Assembly (NCBI GenBank): GCA_001599295.1
Contig: BCGN01000002.1
Span: 310,001-374,000, forward strand
From: Sporopachydermia quercuum
Lineage: Eukaryota
DNA: 64,000 bases
Reading direction: 5' to 3'
The notes under the pieces are model-generated. The model saw only the letters and a program-made list of their open reading frames with translations. It had not been told where the DNA came from and made no database searches. The position numbers and the translations under genes are program-made. Shown in pieces: positions 12,274 through 24,705 of the stretch (its first letter is position 1; each line of letters starts with the position of its first letter).

Positions 12274-15200
12274 ATGTTTAAACTTATGAATTTCAAGCTG
12301 TTTGGCTCATCTTCGCGCTTCACACCTATCAGCAGGCACTCCAACGATATGACGGAAAGCGGATCACGAGAATCACTGCATGATGGATTGACTTCCTCTA
12401 CGAATCCTTATGACCAATCAATTGTCCTACAAGATCTCAGCCCGAGATCCAGTACTTCGGAGATACTGGAAAACATAAACGAAGTTGCACAGTTCATCGA
12501 AAGGCAGGGGTACAACATATATAAAAATCACAGCAAAAATGCACCTGATCTGGAAAAGTTCTATATTGATGAAGATGATAAATACAATGAATTATCCTCT
12601 GGGACGTTGAGTCGGAGGATCCCTCCAAGCAAGTCATTGAAGTCACTAGTATATTACGGTCTCCTTAGCATGGTATGTCTTTGGTTTATAGCCCTACTGG
12701 CGTTTAAGACTTTAGGCAGTAGTAGCAGTTCTGGTGCAGCTGGCAATGCATTGCAGGGGAATGATTCTGATTTAATAGTGCCTGGTGCACAGAACATTGT
12801 CACGCTGGACCTGAACCTTGGCACAGAATTATCAGGCACCAAAGTATCCCTAGCCGCTCTTCGGCGAGGGGAATTCAACGTCTGGAACGATTATATCGAC
12901 TGGCTGCCTATGTCNTCTGTAAATTCTGCCACTGACAAAGGAAAATATCTCCTGCGCATGGGAGATAAATATGACATTTACGAAGGCTTCAGCGACACTT
13001 CTACACCGTTGTTTACCAAAGGCTCGTTTGAATATTCTGGCGAGGAGTATTCTTTGCGCTCGGTAGAACTCAATGGAGACTGGAACAAAGTATTGATCAA
13101 TGCCGAGGAAATCAAGGAATGGCGACATTCTAGTCGGAAATGCTATTTTGTGCTGGACATCGCCAGCGATACAGTCGTTCCGCTTCATGAAGACACGGAG
13201 GGTAAGCCAGCGTTTGTCTGGTTAGCATTCTGGGACCCCACAGGTGATCGTGTCTCCTACGTGTATGAAAACAACGTGTACATTAAAGAATTTGATGAAA
13301 GCAAGTCTGATAAAATCAGTGCCCCGAATCAGGTGACCCACGACGGGAGCCCAGACATATTCAATGGGAAATCAGACTGGGTGTACGAAGAAGAAGTGTT
13401 TTCTTCAGACAGAGCTCTTTGGTGGAACAGTGATAGTTCCTTTCTAGCGTACATGAAGACCAACGATACCAATGTTCCTGTGTACCCTCTGGAGTACTTC
13501 ATCGAGCACGGGGATCAAAAATATCCTGTAGTTCAGGAACTGAAATATCCCAAGCCAGGATTCGGCAATCCCGTGGTCAAGTTATATGTGTATAATATAG
13601 AAACCAAACAGCAGCAAGAGGTTCTACTGAAAGACAAAGATTTAGACCCTGAATTCATTATTCTTTCTGTTACTTGGTTAGGAAATAATCAATTGTTGAT
13701 ACATTCGACCAACAGAGAGTCTGACGTTCTGGTAGTGTTTCTAGCAGAAATTGACATCTCCAGCAATACTATAAGTACAACGCAGGTCTGGAAACAGTAC
13801 ATTCACGATCTCGATGGTGGCTGGGTAGACAAAAAGCATAAAACTGTGCCTGTGAATTTCATCACCACTAGTACCGGCGCCGGTGCTGAAACAACTTCTG
13901 GTGGTAATCCTCAGCATGGCTATCTAGACATCGTTGCTTATAGAGGCTTTGATACGTTAGTTTATTTCCCTTCAGCAAAATCAGGCTTCGACGATATGAT
14001 TGTATTGTCATCTGGAAATTTCGATGTAGCAGAAATCTCCCTGTTCGACCCTGTCCTAAAAAGAGTTCATTATGTCTCTACAGAAAAATCCTCTAGAGAC
14101 AGAACATTGTACTCCGTAAAGCTGGATGGTACGGGCAAAATAGCCATCACCAACGACACTGCACCAGGTTACTTCAATGTTGCCTTCTCTCCCGGCGGTA
14201 GGTTTGCCATGCTATCCTATAGCGGCCCTAATACCCCTTTCCAGAGAGTCGTTGACGTTGGGGGATATCTCGAACAGGTTGCCGCTAAGAAACCAGAAGG
14301 CAGTAGTAAATCTGCCAGAGAGATTGATTTCCCTGTGAATAATACATCTACTGGTGATGATACTGGCTCTACTGAACAGTTTAAACGCTCTGACGATGAT
14401 TCTACCTCATTTGAACCATTGTTGTCCTCAGAAGAAGATACGTCACCTTTCATCAGTATTCCCAAACGTACACTTTCACTATTGAGTTCTGTAAATCGTT
14501 ATTCTATGCCAACAGAAACATACATGCAAATACCTATTGACAAAACATCCACAGGGGAAGACATTCTTGCAAACGTGGTAGAGATCAGGCCGGCAAACTT
14601 CAATGCGTCAGCCAAATATCCCTTACTGTTTTTCGTCTATGGAGGACCAAACTCTCAACAGGTGTCCCACAAAATCGATATCAGCTTCCAGCATGTCATT
14701 GCTTCTAGTCTTGATGCGGTAGTAGTCACTGTTGATGGCAGGGGCACTGGGTTCAACGGCAGAGCATTTAAATCAGCTGTGAGAGATCATATTGGCGAGT
14801 TGGAAGCCCAGGACCAAATAACAATTGCCAAATTGTACTCGGCAATGACATATATTGATAGCAGCAAAATAGCAATTTGGGGTTGGAGCTATGGAGGTTT
14901 TGTTACTTTGAAAACTCTTGAAATCGATGGAGGAAAGACTTTCAATTATGGTGTGGCAGTGGCACCAGTCACTGATTGGAGATTATATGATTCCATATAC
15001 ACTGAAAGGTACATGCATACACCAGAGAATAATAAGCAAGGTTATGAGAAGAGTAAAATCAGCGACGTAGATCAAATGGGTAACAACGTTCGATTTCTAA
15101 TTATGCATGGTACTGGAGATGATAATGTTCACTATCAAAATACGTTACAGCTTGTGGATAGATTGAATTTATATTCAATTGAGAATTATGATATGCAAGT

Positions 15201-15330
15201 GTTCCCAGATTCAGACCATAGTATATATTATCACAATGCTTATAAAATAGTGTTTGATAAGTTGTACGAATGGTTGAGAAAGGCATTTAATGGAGATTTC
15301 GAAAGAATGAAAGCAGAAGATAACTTGTAA
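12274..15330 (+). CDS. STE13: Type II membrane dipeptidyl aminopeptidase (DPP IV/S9B family); long cytosolic N-tail favours STE13 over DAP2; exact start ATG uncertain
   Basis: Single TM segment after ~125 aa; propeller motifs WRHS, FNGKSDWVYEEE, YPKPG; catalytic GWSYGG, HGTGDDNVH, DSDH. Confidence 0.85.
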   Translation: MFKLMNFKLFGSSSRFTPISRHSNDMTESGSRESLHDGLTSSTNPYDQSIVLQDLSPRSSTSEILENINEVAQFIERQGYNIYKNHSKNAPDLEKFYIDEDDKYNELSSGTLSRRIPPSKSLKSLVYYGLLSMVCLWFIALLAFKTLGSSSSSGAAGNALQGNDSDLIVPGAQNIVTLDLNLGTELSGTKVSLAALRRGEFNVWNDYIDWLPMXSVNSATDKGKYLLRMGDKYDIYEGFSDTSTPLFTKGSFEYSGEEYSLRSVELNGDWNKVLINAEEIKEWRHSSRKCYFVLDIASDTVVPLHEDTEGKPAFVWLAFWDPTGDRVSYVYENNVYIKEFDESKSDKISAPNQVTHDGSPDIFNGKSDWVYEEEVFSSDRALWWNSDSSFLAYMKTNDTNVPVYPLEYFIEHGDQKYPVVQELKYPKPGFGNPVVKLYVYNIETKQQQEVLLKDKDLDPEFIILSVTWLGNNQLLIHSTNRESDVLVVFLAEIDISSNTISTTQVWKQYIHDLDGGWVDKKHKTVPVNFITTSTGAGAETTSGGNPQHGYLDIVAYRGFDTLVYFPSAKSGFDDMIVLSSGNFDVAEISLFDPVLKRVHYVSTEKSSRDRTLYSVKLDGTGKIAITNDTAPGYFNVAFSPGGRFAMLSYSGPNTPFQRVVDVGGYLEQVAAKKPEGSSKSAREIDFPVNNTSTGDDTGSTEQFKRSDDDSTSFEPLLSSEEDTSPFISIPKRTLSLLSSVNRYSMPTETYMQIPIDKTSTGEDILANVVEIRPANFNASAKYPLLFFVYGGPNSQQVSHKIDISFQHVIASSLDAVVVTVDGRGTGFNGRAFKSAVRDHIGELEAQDQITIAKLYSAMTYIDSSKIAIWGWSYGGFVTLKTLEIDGGKTFNYGVAVAPVTDWRLYDSIYTERYMHTPENNKQGYEKSKISDVDQMGNNVRFLIMHGTGDDNVHYQNTLQLVDRLNLYSIENYDMQVFPDSDHSIYYHNAYKIVFDKLYEWLRKAFNGDFERMKAEDNL

Positions 15331-16511
15331 ATATTTCAGAAGGGTAAAGCATATAAGTAGGACTATTGTGTATGCTGTGAATATGACTATACGGAACAAT
15401 GACATTGAAACGTATGAGAAGGTTTAGATTATGATGGTATGGTGCACTGGTAAAAGATTAAAAGCAAGAGCAATAGAGAAATAATTAATAAGAACAGAGT
15501 TAAATATGAACAAGAACTATTAAGGAAAAGGAGCAGGATGACCCTTAAAGTAGGATAAGATATGAATTTGTCATTGTTATTCGCTGATGATAATGAATCG
15601 TTCAATATGCTTTTCAAATTGGAGGCAAAGGTTTAGTATTCGCTCTAAACTCTTAGTTACTCTTACAGGATCTCGTTCTGTTTCAATAAAATCAACAATC
15701 AGAATTCAACCGGTTCAATCATTATAGATAGCCTTATATGATAATGTGTGATAATATGGTGTCTGGTGATACTACTAATGGGCATAATATATGAATAGTG
15801 TATTAATAAGTAATCTACTGGAAATAGATATAGATAGTATAAAAACATACTAAGGATATAATAGTATTTTCTAATCAATCGTCTGAGTTACCAATGTGCT
15901 AGTATGTTAGTATTACATCATTTGCTTGGAGATATAAGAACTCCTACTTCAGTCATGAATGCCTGCTTCCATAATCGGTTTTCTCTTATAAGTAAGGCTG
16001 TTTGACTATCATCAAACTAATCATCAAAACCAATTTCTAGTACTATTACAATCAACAATAAAGAATTGTTGCTCATACATCAGAAGGCCATTCAAATATC
16101 AAGCAACATTTAGTTTTCACACATTTAGATTTCACACACATTATTTCGTAGTAGTATATACTAATAACAAGACAAAACACTACAAAAAATATATATAGAC
16201 TTCTTTCCCAAGACATCTAATAAAAATAGCTATAACCAATAACAATCAAACAGCTGTCTGCGTTGGGGAATATCCAACAGTAGCTATTCGACAATAAGGT
16301 AAGTCGTATCACCTACTTTCAACCAGAAAAAAAAATATTAAAATTTTAAAAATTCAAAGAAACCATCTTCGTTAAATGAACTGTCAATAGTGCCATCTTA
16401 ATCATATTCATCCTGTTGTTTATATGTATGGTTAATTCTAATAGACTTAACACACTTTTAGTACAGTGACATCAACATAAAGTATGTCCTATCATCACAT
16501 AATAACTTACA

Positions 16512-17833
16512 CTACTTTGAACTTGCAACTGTTCCACAGTGTTTGCAAGTCCTCTTTTCCATATCACCGTCAAAATCTAATACAGCTGATTTGATCTGGG
16601 TACCTAAGTCAACTAATTGGAAAAATTTCTCATAGACAACTTTCCCACATTCTTTGTTAGGACAGTACCATCGAATTCCGTCGAGTGTACCTTCTGGTCT
16701 GTCTTGTTCAACAACAATGCCGATAGTATCTGCATATCTAACAGGATTATGCGGAGTATTTCCCGGTAGAAGGAACATTTCTCCTTCATTGATTGTGATG
16801 TCTTTGAATTCTCCATCGTCTACAACTCGAAGCGTCATATATCCTTTATATTGGTAGAACCATTCTGGTGTTTGGTTTATATGGTAGTCTGTTCTTTCGT
16901 TAGGTCCTCCCACAATCTAGCGTGATATGTTAGTATTGAAGAAGAAAATTAAGTGGATGATATGATATGATATGATAGTATTATGATCCTCTAGTGGAGT
17001 ATATGCTATTGATGTGAATGAGCAAATAGCCTAGATAATGACTAATGTTCAAGCTGTACAAGCTATGAGTGTGATTATAAACAATGTCGATGATACCAGT
17101 TGAGTAATAGACAGAAGTAGGAAGAACTATAACTAACAAAATTGCCTATTGTTGTTTCAGGTGCCGCTTAAATCTTTATTCGGTATACCGTTGGCTGCAG
17201 TTGTTTCCTAGTGCATTTGCTTGCTCTCAAGTCTGTCACATCAGCCATTCAAAAGCAGGAATTGTGCGACTCAACAATAATTTCTGACCGGAACAAACTC
17301 CTTCTTTTTATTGAAGTAACTGACTGTTTATTTGTGGTATTTGTAGCTATGGTGAGGACGCTGATGTGTTCTGGCTGCTAACATAATGTGGCTATGGCAG
17401 GTTGATGACTGGGCTCTATAATGGAATGGTTTCACGGAGAGGCCTCAATTTAGAATCCTGGTTTGGATACAAATAAACTATTCTATAAACGGAAACCGAT
17501 AATTTGAGATGTTTCCCAATTGGAGCCATTATCCGACCCCGAACTTCTCTTCCGACCTTTCTTCCTATCCATTTCGTCAGGTTCCATATAATTCCATGCA
17601 ATTCCTTACCAAGCAAGAATCATATCGATTATCATATCTCAGTGTTCTTGTGATCTCCTATTATTTTCTTCGTATGCAGGCCCAATTAGAATTGATCAGA
17701 TCCATCGAATGTTATTTCTACTTACCATAATAGTAAAACCACCTCTTTGAATGCAATAGTTATTCACTGGTGGTTTCAGCAAATAGGAGTTCTCCTCTAG
17801 CCAAGCAGGAAGGTTGATTGGAGCTGCAAGCAT
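16512..17833 (-). CDS. BNA1: 3-hydroxyanthranilate 3,4-dioxygenase, 2 exons (17833-17726, 16916-16512), 170 aa
   Basis: Exon 1 [33 protein letters not shown]...TACTAAC...TAG intron of 809 nt; exon 2 [12 protein letters not shown]...PHNPVR...CPNKEC...CKHC. Confidence 0.96.
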
Positions 17834-19334
17834 CTTGAAATTCAGCTAAGTAAGCCAAAATATACTGTTTGATTTAAGTTGTTTTCCCTAATGTGTAGAT
17901 TCAGTAAACCAGTAAAAAAGTAGCGCCTTGTTTCTAGTTCTTTGCTCCTTATATCTGTGACATCAATTCAATGATGATAAAGATTATACAGGTGGCTTAG
18001 ATGTACTTTCTTTACCTTACCGCTAAGACCGCGACTGGTACTGTGCTGTTCGATCCTTCTTTGATAGCCCAATAGGTATCAGTAAATCTTTGTCTATGAC
18101 CCAAACATAGTAAACTGAAGGTTTTCATCTGTGTATGTTGATAGTTTTGTGTAGTTGATTATCTGATTAATTGATTCACAATGGGGTGATTGATGGTAGA
18201 GCGAAGTACTTGATATGAGACAGGATAATACAGGATGAGACGTGAAGTAAGGATACTGTAAGAATGCAACTACGTGATTATTTAATAAGGGACAGTGCGT
18301 ACTGATAAGATGGAAAGAGTATATTGTCGATAAAGCTGATAAAAGGGAAACCGTCGGATAAGAATAAATAGCTGTCCTGGTTGCTGTTTCGAAGTTACGG
18401 GGCTGGATTTTCTGGCAGACTATTAGGTGATTCCACAGATTGATTCTCTGCAAGCTTGCCCTATCGTCCATGGAGAAACCAACGGCCAGACTCCTGGGTT
18501 CCTAACAAACAATCCCAAATTGATGTGATGTCATCGACTATTTAGAGCATCCACTGGAACCCATTTAATCTAGATATAACAGAATTAAAAGATAACCAAT
18601 AAATAACAACGATCAAGTAACCATTCCATTCCATTCATATCTAATAATCAAGCGTCTACCACCCATTACAATAAACATCACCTAATCAAAAAAGCTCTTA
18701 CTCACAGTCTCCATCTGGTATCACATAATCACTAATCTATCACCTCACCGGGTAATACTCAAATTACAAATCTGGAAAATCAATTACATCTCGACATTTC
18801 TCTCACAGTAACTAACAATCACGTAATGTTTTCGATCAGTTAACTGTGTTTATAATCATGAACCTTCGTCAGCTAATCAACCAATCGAGCAAGAATTGTT
18901 TGATCAAAGCTGATATTTGATATGTTCTGGAATTGGCTGTAGATGAATCATTGAGACCACTAGGAGAAACAGGCCAACGGGTGAACGTGAATACGAGAAC
19001 AGACAGAGCACTTATATATCAAGTACAATATACACAACATCGTGCTGCAGAGACATATTTTCCGTTCACAATTGGGCATTCAATAACACAGGAAGTGCTT
19101 TTTAGTTACAGGAGAATATTGCCTAAATTGCTGTATAAATTTGGCTATTTATTACGGTTGACATATCTTCTGATTACCAGCAATTAATCAGTGCTATCTA
19201 ATACTGAGTATTTCATCAGAAACAATAATACTATTAGAACCACGTTAGAAAAGAAACAGAAAGCACAACGCAAAACCTTTTGCAACTTTTGAAATAGCCC
19301 AAAGATAACAGATCATTGTAATATAATCGTCAGA

Positions 19335-22300
19335 ATGTCTCAATCTCTTAACATCGACGACACCCTGGCTTACTATGTGAAGCCGGTGTCCCACCTAGTA
19401 GAAATCCCCATCGGAGGTGGATCTGAACAGGAAGAAGGTCTCGTTACGATCGATCAAGTTGAAGACGATCCAGAAGATCTCATGCGTCTACTTGAAAACG
19501 AACAGGCTGAAGCTCACTATTGGATAGACATCTCGTTACTATATGTATCTCAATACAAGATAGATCAAGCGATGGAGTTTCTTCAAGCAGGGCTTCAGTT
19601 TTTCTCTCAAAGTGAGTACGAGCTCCCTGACAACGAGAAATGCGTTTTTCACTCAGTACTTGCTTGGATCTACCTTTTGAAAATAAGGAAAGCAGGGAGC
19701 AATGCCGAAGCCTTGAAAAAGTACTTTGAAGAAGCCACAGTGCATATCACCGCTTCTATGGCTCTTAATGGTGACTATATTCCCAGCCAGCTATGTGCTG
19801 GGGCGTTGAACACGCTGAAACGTGAATTCGATGAAGCTTTGCGTGTATTCGATAAGGTCATTGCTACCTCTAAACAGCAGAACATTGCTGCATTGTTGGG
19901 TAAAGCAAGAGTGCTCTATAGCAAGAAAAATTACAGGGGAGCTTTAAAAGTCTATCAACAAGTGCTGACATTCAGACCAGACTGCAAACCTGATCCTAGG
20001 ATTGGAATTGGATACTGTTATTTCAATCTCAACCTTCATGATCGCGCATTGGCTGCTTGGGAAAGAGCTTTAGAACTAGACCCAGAAAACTCTAGTGTGA
20101 ACACTTTAGTGGGTCTGCTTCTATTAGACCATGCTATCAAGCTTACAGACGGTAGAAGGTTCCAATCAGCTTATTTGAAGGCTATGGAGTACATCCAACA
20201 GGCATATAAAACCAGTGATAATGGCACCAGCAACCCAGCATCAGCTGTTGCCCTAGCAAGTTACTTCTACTCATTGAACGATCTCCAGGCAGTTTACAGA
20301 TTGTGTGATAAAGCCAGAGCTGCCTCCACTGTTCCAGGGATTATTTCCGAAGCTACTTTCTGGACCGCGCGAGCCAAATATAAACAGGGAAACTTCTCCG
20401 AGGCCCAAACGCTGTTTGCCAAGGCATTTGAACTAAGCCACCAGAATTTATTGGCAAAAATAGGTGTCGCACAATGCCAATTGGCCCAAAACTCTAGCGA
20501 GGCTCGGCTGACGCTGGAAAGTATCATACAGGAACATCCCAATTGCAAAGAGGCTGTATTTCTATTGGGCATGGTATACACACGAGGCACTGCCAACATG
20601 ACAGATATGAAAAACAAAGCTATCAACATGCTCGAGAAATATATCAGACTCTGTAAAGGTGGGACTGCTACTGGCACTAACAATAGTTCGTCTCATACTA
20701 GCAATATTGTTGAGCCTACAGCATACTTGGTTTTGGCTTCACTACACGAAAAATCAGACGAAAAGAAGGCCTTGGAGTTTTTGACAAAAGCTATGGAATC
20801 TATCTCTGATATTGGTGCGTCAGAAGTACCTGCTCTAGTAGAAAACAACGTAGGAGCTTTCCATTTCGTCAGAAACAACTTTCTATCAGCTAAGTCGTTT
20901 GTTGAAAGATCTATCGGGAAATTGCCAGACCTCTCAGAACTGCCTGCAGAATCAAAGGAGAGCGATGTTGATAAAGCACATAGAATTACGTTGACTTATA
21001 ACCTTGGTCGTATTGAAGAGTCTCTAGGTAATAAAGAAGCTGCAGAAAAACAGTATAAAGCAGTGCTAGAACTTCATAACAATTATGTACCAGCAAAACT
21101 GAGATTGGCATTGCTTCGTTGCAGCGGCAGAGAAGAGTTTTCAGATGAACTCTACGAGTCAGTAAAGCAGCTATTAGAAAGCCACGGAGATGATTTGGAA
21201 ATACGCACACTATACGCTTGGTTCGTGAACAAGTATAAAAAGGCATTGCTTAAGAAGTTTGGTGCGACTGCCCAATCGTTTGAGAGCAACCATTTGAAAG
21301 AAACACTGATGAACTATGACCACCATGATTTTTACTCAGAAGTAGCTATGGGAAATATATATTCTGCATTAGGAACAGAAGCTAAGGATAAAAGGAGCCA
21401 AAAGGAGAAAGCTTTGTTTCGGGCTTCGGAACTTTATCACTCTGCCTTAAAAAACGATCCGTTGAATGCATATGCAGCTCAAGGTGTTGCCGTAGTACTT
21501 GCGGAATTGAAACGGTTTAATAAAGCCGCCGATATCCTACGGAAAGTCCGGGACACTCTTCAGGACGCATCCGTGTATTTGAATCTCGGACACTGTTTCT
21601 GCGAATTGGGACAATGGTCAAAAGCAATTGAAGCATACGAAATCGTGCTTCATAGGTTCTCTAGTAGTGACGATAAACTGCTTCTCACGTGCACATCTTT
21701 GCTAGGAAGGGCTTGGTTGTTCCGAGGTCAGCAAGAACGAAGCATTGAAAGCTTTATCAATGCCTTATCATACTCACGTGATGCATTAGACATATCACCA
21801 GAAACCCCCCCTCTAATGTTCAATGTAGGATTAGTGCTTTTTTATATGGCAGAATCAATATATAAAAAGCCCCAAATTGATAGAACTGTTGATGATATTA
21901 GAAAGGCCTTAAAAGGGCTGAAAGAGGCAGTTCAGTTATTTGAGAAGTGCTGCAAAGCAGCTAAACCACCATATCCTACTAAGGACTTACAACAACGAAT
22001 AAGTGTAGTGGAAACATTAGAGAAACAACTGGAGAAAGCATTAGAATCCCAACAGGAGTTTGAAGAGTCTCAGAAAGAACGAATTGCTGAAGCATTAAAA
22101 AAGAGAGAAGAAGAAAAGGCTAAACTTGAAGCTGAACGATTAGTGAAGGAGCAAGCAGAGCAGGAAAGAAAAGCGAAACTAGCAGAGGAAAGAAGAATCC
22201 TTGATGAACAAGCAAAAGAATGGGCGATTCGTATGGAAGAGCAAATGAAAGATGAGGAACTGCGGGGAGAAGAAAAGAGAGCTCGCAGGGGAAAGAAAAC

Positions 22301-22757
22301 GATCTCAGGATCCGACTTTAGTGATGATCAAGATGATGAAATTATAGGAGAAGATAGGGAAACGATCAAGAAGAAGGGTAGGAGAAGAATTATTAAGAAA
22401 AGAAACACCAAGGGTGAAGGAAATGGTGTTGCAGCCCCTAAAAGACGTAAGATTAATCCAAAGATTAAGAGTAGTGAAGTTGTTAGTGACTCTGATGACT
22501 CAGAGGGAAACAGCATGGATGTTGATGATAGCAAGGAAGAAGAAAAAGAGGAAGAGGAAGAGGAAGAGGAAGAAGAGGATTTGTTTGGGGAAAGCGGAGA
22601 TGATGCAGAAGAAGCAAACGGAAAGGATGAAAATGAAAATGGAGACAATGTTGAAGAAAGTGGAGATGATAAACAAGAAAATGGGGAAGAAAATGGAGAA
22701 GATGAGAGGAAACCGGAAACTATCAATGGCGAGAAATCAGATGCTGAAACGGAATAA
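19335..22757 (+). CDS. CTR9: Paf1 complex TPR subunit Ctr9, 1140 aa
   Basis: Tandem TPR repeats (PDPRIGIGYC, DPLNAYAAQGVA, SVYLNLGHC), coiled coil, basic/acidic tail. Confidence 0.93.
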   Translation: MSQSLNIDDTLAYYVKPVSHLVEIPIGGGSEQEEGLVTIDQVEDDPEDLMRLLENEQAEAHYWIDISLLYVSQYKIDQAMEFLQAGLQFFSQSEYELPDNEKCVFHSVLAWIYLLKIRKAGSNAEALKKYFEEATVHITASMALNGDYIPSQLCAGALNTLKREFDEALRVFDKVIATSKQQNIAALLGKARVLYSKKNYRGALKVYQQVLTFRPDCKPDPRIGIGYCYFNLNLHDRALAAWERALELDPENSSVNTLVGLLLLDHAIKLTDGRRFQSAYLKAMEYIQQAYKTSDNGTSNPASAVALASYFYSLNDLQAVYRLCDKARAASTVPGIISEATFWTARAKYKQGNFSEAQTLFAKAFELSHQNLLAKIGVAQCQLAQNSSEARLTLESIIQEHPNCKEAVFLLGMVYTRGTANMTDMKNKAINMLEKYIRLCKGGTATGTNNSSSHTSNIVEPTAYLVLASLHEKSDEKKALEFLTKAMESISDIGASEVPALVENNVGAFHFVRNNFLSAKSFVERSIGKLPDLSELPAESKESDVDKAHRITLTYNLGRIEESLGNKEAAEKQYKAVLELHNNYVPAKLRLALLRCSGREEFSDELYESVKQLLESHGDDLEIRTLYAWFVNKYKKALLKKFGATAQSFESNHLKETLMNYDHHDFYSEVAMGNIYSALGTEAKDKRSQKEKALFRASELYHSALKNDPLNAYAAQGVAVVLAELKRFNKAADILRKVRDTLQDASVYLNLGHCFCELGQWSKAIEAYEIVLHRFSSSDDKLLLTCTSLLGRAWLFRGQQERSIESFINALSYSRDALDISPETPPLMFNVGLVLFYMAESIYKKPQIDRTVDDIRKALKGLKEAVQLFEKCCKAAKPPYPTKDLQQRISVVETLEKQLEKALESQQEFEESQKERIAEALKKREEEKAKLEAERLVKEQAEQERKAKLAEERRILDEQAKEWAIRMEEQMKDEELRGEEKRARRGKKTISGSDFSDDQDDEIIGEDRETIKKKGRRRIIKKRNTKGEGNGVAAPKRRKINPKIKSSEVVSDSDDSEGNSMDVDDSKEEEKEEEEEEEEEEDLFGESGDDAEEANGKDENENGDNVEESGDDKQENGEENGEDERKPETINGEKSDAETE

Positions 22758-23980
22758 ATATCATGATGTAAAAAAATCACTAAAAAAGCTACAAAATGAC
22801 TTGTTACAATCAGAGAACACCTCGCAATAAGTAATGAACTGTATGCATATTTTATTTCTCCATTCTACACTCTATGGAATTAATATGCTATTGATCATCT
22901 CATTTGCTTCAGATAGTTCATTTCATTAGTCATTTGCTCTACTATCATTTCTGCAGCTAATTTTTCTTCTCCTTGCCCACATATTCAAATTGATTTACCA
23001 GCATATTCTGAACTAATATTCTAAATTTCAAATGTTGAAATGTGTTGATCGTGTTTTTGCAGTAATATTGCATGTATTTTATATATGAATATATAATATA
23101 GTTGTTCCATTTGTTGTATCAGGTATATTTTCAGTTTTGAATTGATTATATGTACTAATAATGTGCTGTTCTTAAGGCGAAGAGGTGAATTGTTTAATAT
23201 TATCTTAATAAATTTGAATTAAAATAAATATATCAGCTTTCTATACAAATTATCTGTCTTACTAAAAAGCTCATTCATGCAGAAACCATAGTATTTCCAC
23301 TATTTACACGATTTCTACATACGATTGAAGTAAAGATCTCAATAATAGGTTCAATATCATTCAATAGAAATACTGACAAAAGGAATAACAGTTCCCTTTA
23401 GTAGATACCAAACTAATGCTTGACAGCTTAATTACATTTACATTCAATACATTTAGTTCGTTAACTTTAGCTCTGCCAAAATCATATCCAGAATATTAAG
23501 GCGCATTATTATTTACCCTTTGAATTGGGAGCTCCTTCTTGTGAGTTTGATATGAGTGATTTAAACAAATAGTGAAGTTAATTCATTCATAAGCTGCAAT
23601 GTGTGCCAGCAGTGATTTCGTTCTCGATGTTCTTAACTAGCTGAATCTCTCGTCCTTTATATTCTAGTTCATTTACTCTTTCTCTCTTTATATAGCACAG
23701 GACGGAGTTGAGTCATATAACATGAACAATAAAATGAAAGTATTAAAAAGTGAATCTACAGATAACTTCTCTCCTGTTTTTAGGATTGAAAACAATACAA
23801 TTGGCTGATTCAATTGCAATTCACGCCTGAGTCATTTGGTAACAATCACATGCTATTGTTGAGCTATCATGCTATAATTTCTGCTTTATAGCGATTCAAA
23901 TCATCATTTGTTGAGTAGGAATATGCTATCTTCACTTCCTTTTTTTGCCAAATTACTAGAAATTTGCTTAAATTGCTGAT

Positions 23981-24705
23981 TTATTTGTCATTTAACAGCT
24001 TTTTCATCTGCTTATGAGCTTCGTGAGTTCTATTGAATACTATGCACAAATAAGGTTAGTAAATCTGCAGTTATATGCAGATTACTGCGTGGTCACACAT
24101 AAACCCAAACTTATTTATTGGAAGCATCAAGTCAAACAAAAGCAAATTGGAATACTCACAGTTCTTCTCATATTCATCCATAAAATAAACAAAAGACGCG
24201 TTTTGACTCTTGTTATAATTGGAATTATAGGCAAAATCAAAGATTTGAGCGGCACGGTCCCGTAGTGTATTACGTAACACTTGAGCGAACTCTTCATTGC
24301 CAAATAATAACAACCATCGTTCAGCTAGTTTATAATATACAGGAGATAAAGAATGCAAATCAACACTTATAGGAGAAGTTTTCAAGGAGTTGACAACTCT
24401 TGATGAGAAAGCGTAAGGCGACAGCATGGAGATAAACGCTGATGCAATTTCTTCTGTCATCCCACTGACGACTAGCACTTCCGAAAGCCATAATGGTAGA
24501 TCTACTTTAGATCCTTTAGCAATATCACCACCAAGATCATTTTCAAGGTAGTTTAGACCTGGAACGTCAAGTTCAAACACTGATGGAATTTTCTAAAACA
24601 AAACGCCTATTGTTAGTCAGGCACGTAGATAGTCGTAATAGAAGGTATGGTACATACTTCACCATCGGCTATAATATCGTCTAGATCATAGTAGCTGTTT
24701 GACAT
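23981..24705 (-). CDS. PSF3: GINS complex subunit Psf3, 3 exons (24705-24658, 24592-24160, 24039-23981), 179 aa
   Basis: MSNSYYDLDDIIADGE|KIPSVFELDVPGLNYL...KVDLPLWL; GTATGT and GTGAGT donors, ACTAAC branches and TAG acceptors keep the frame. Confidence 0.93.

Noticed and set aside
22328..22830. Antisense and alternate-frame ORFs over CTR9 (likewise over SPT20, the HIRIP3-like gene, PAP2 and the chitin synthase)
   Set aside because: Shadow ORFs produced by low-complexity or biased codons of the real genes.
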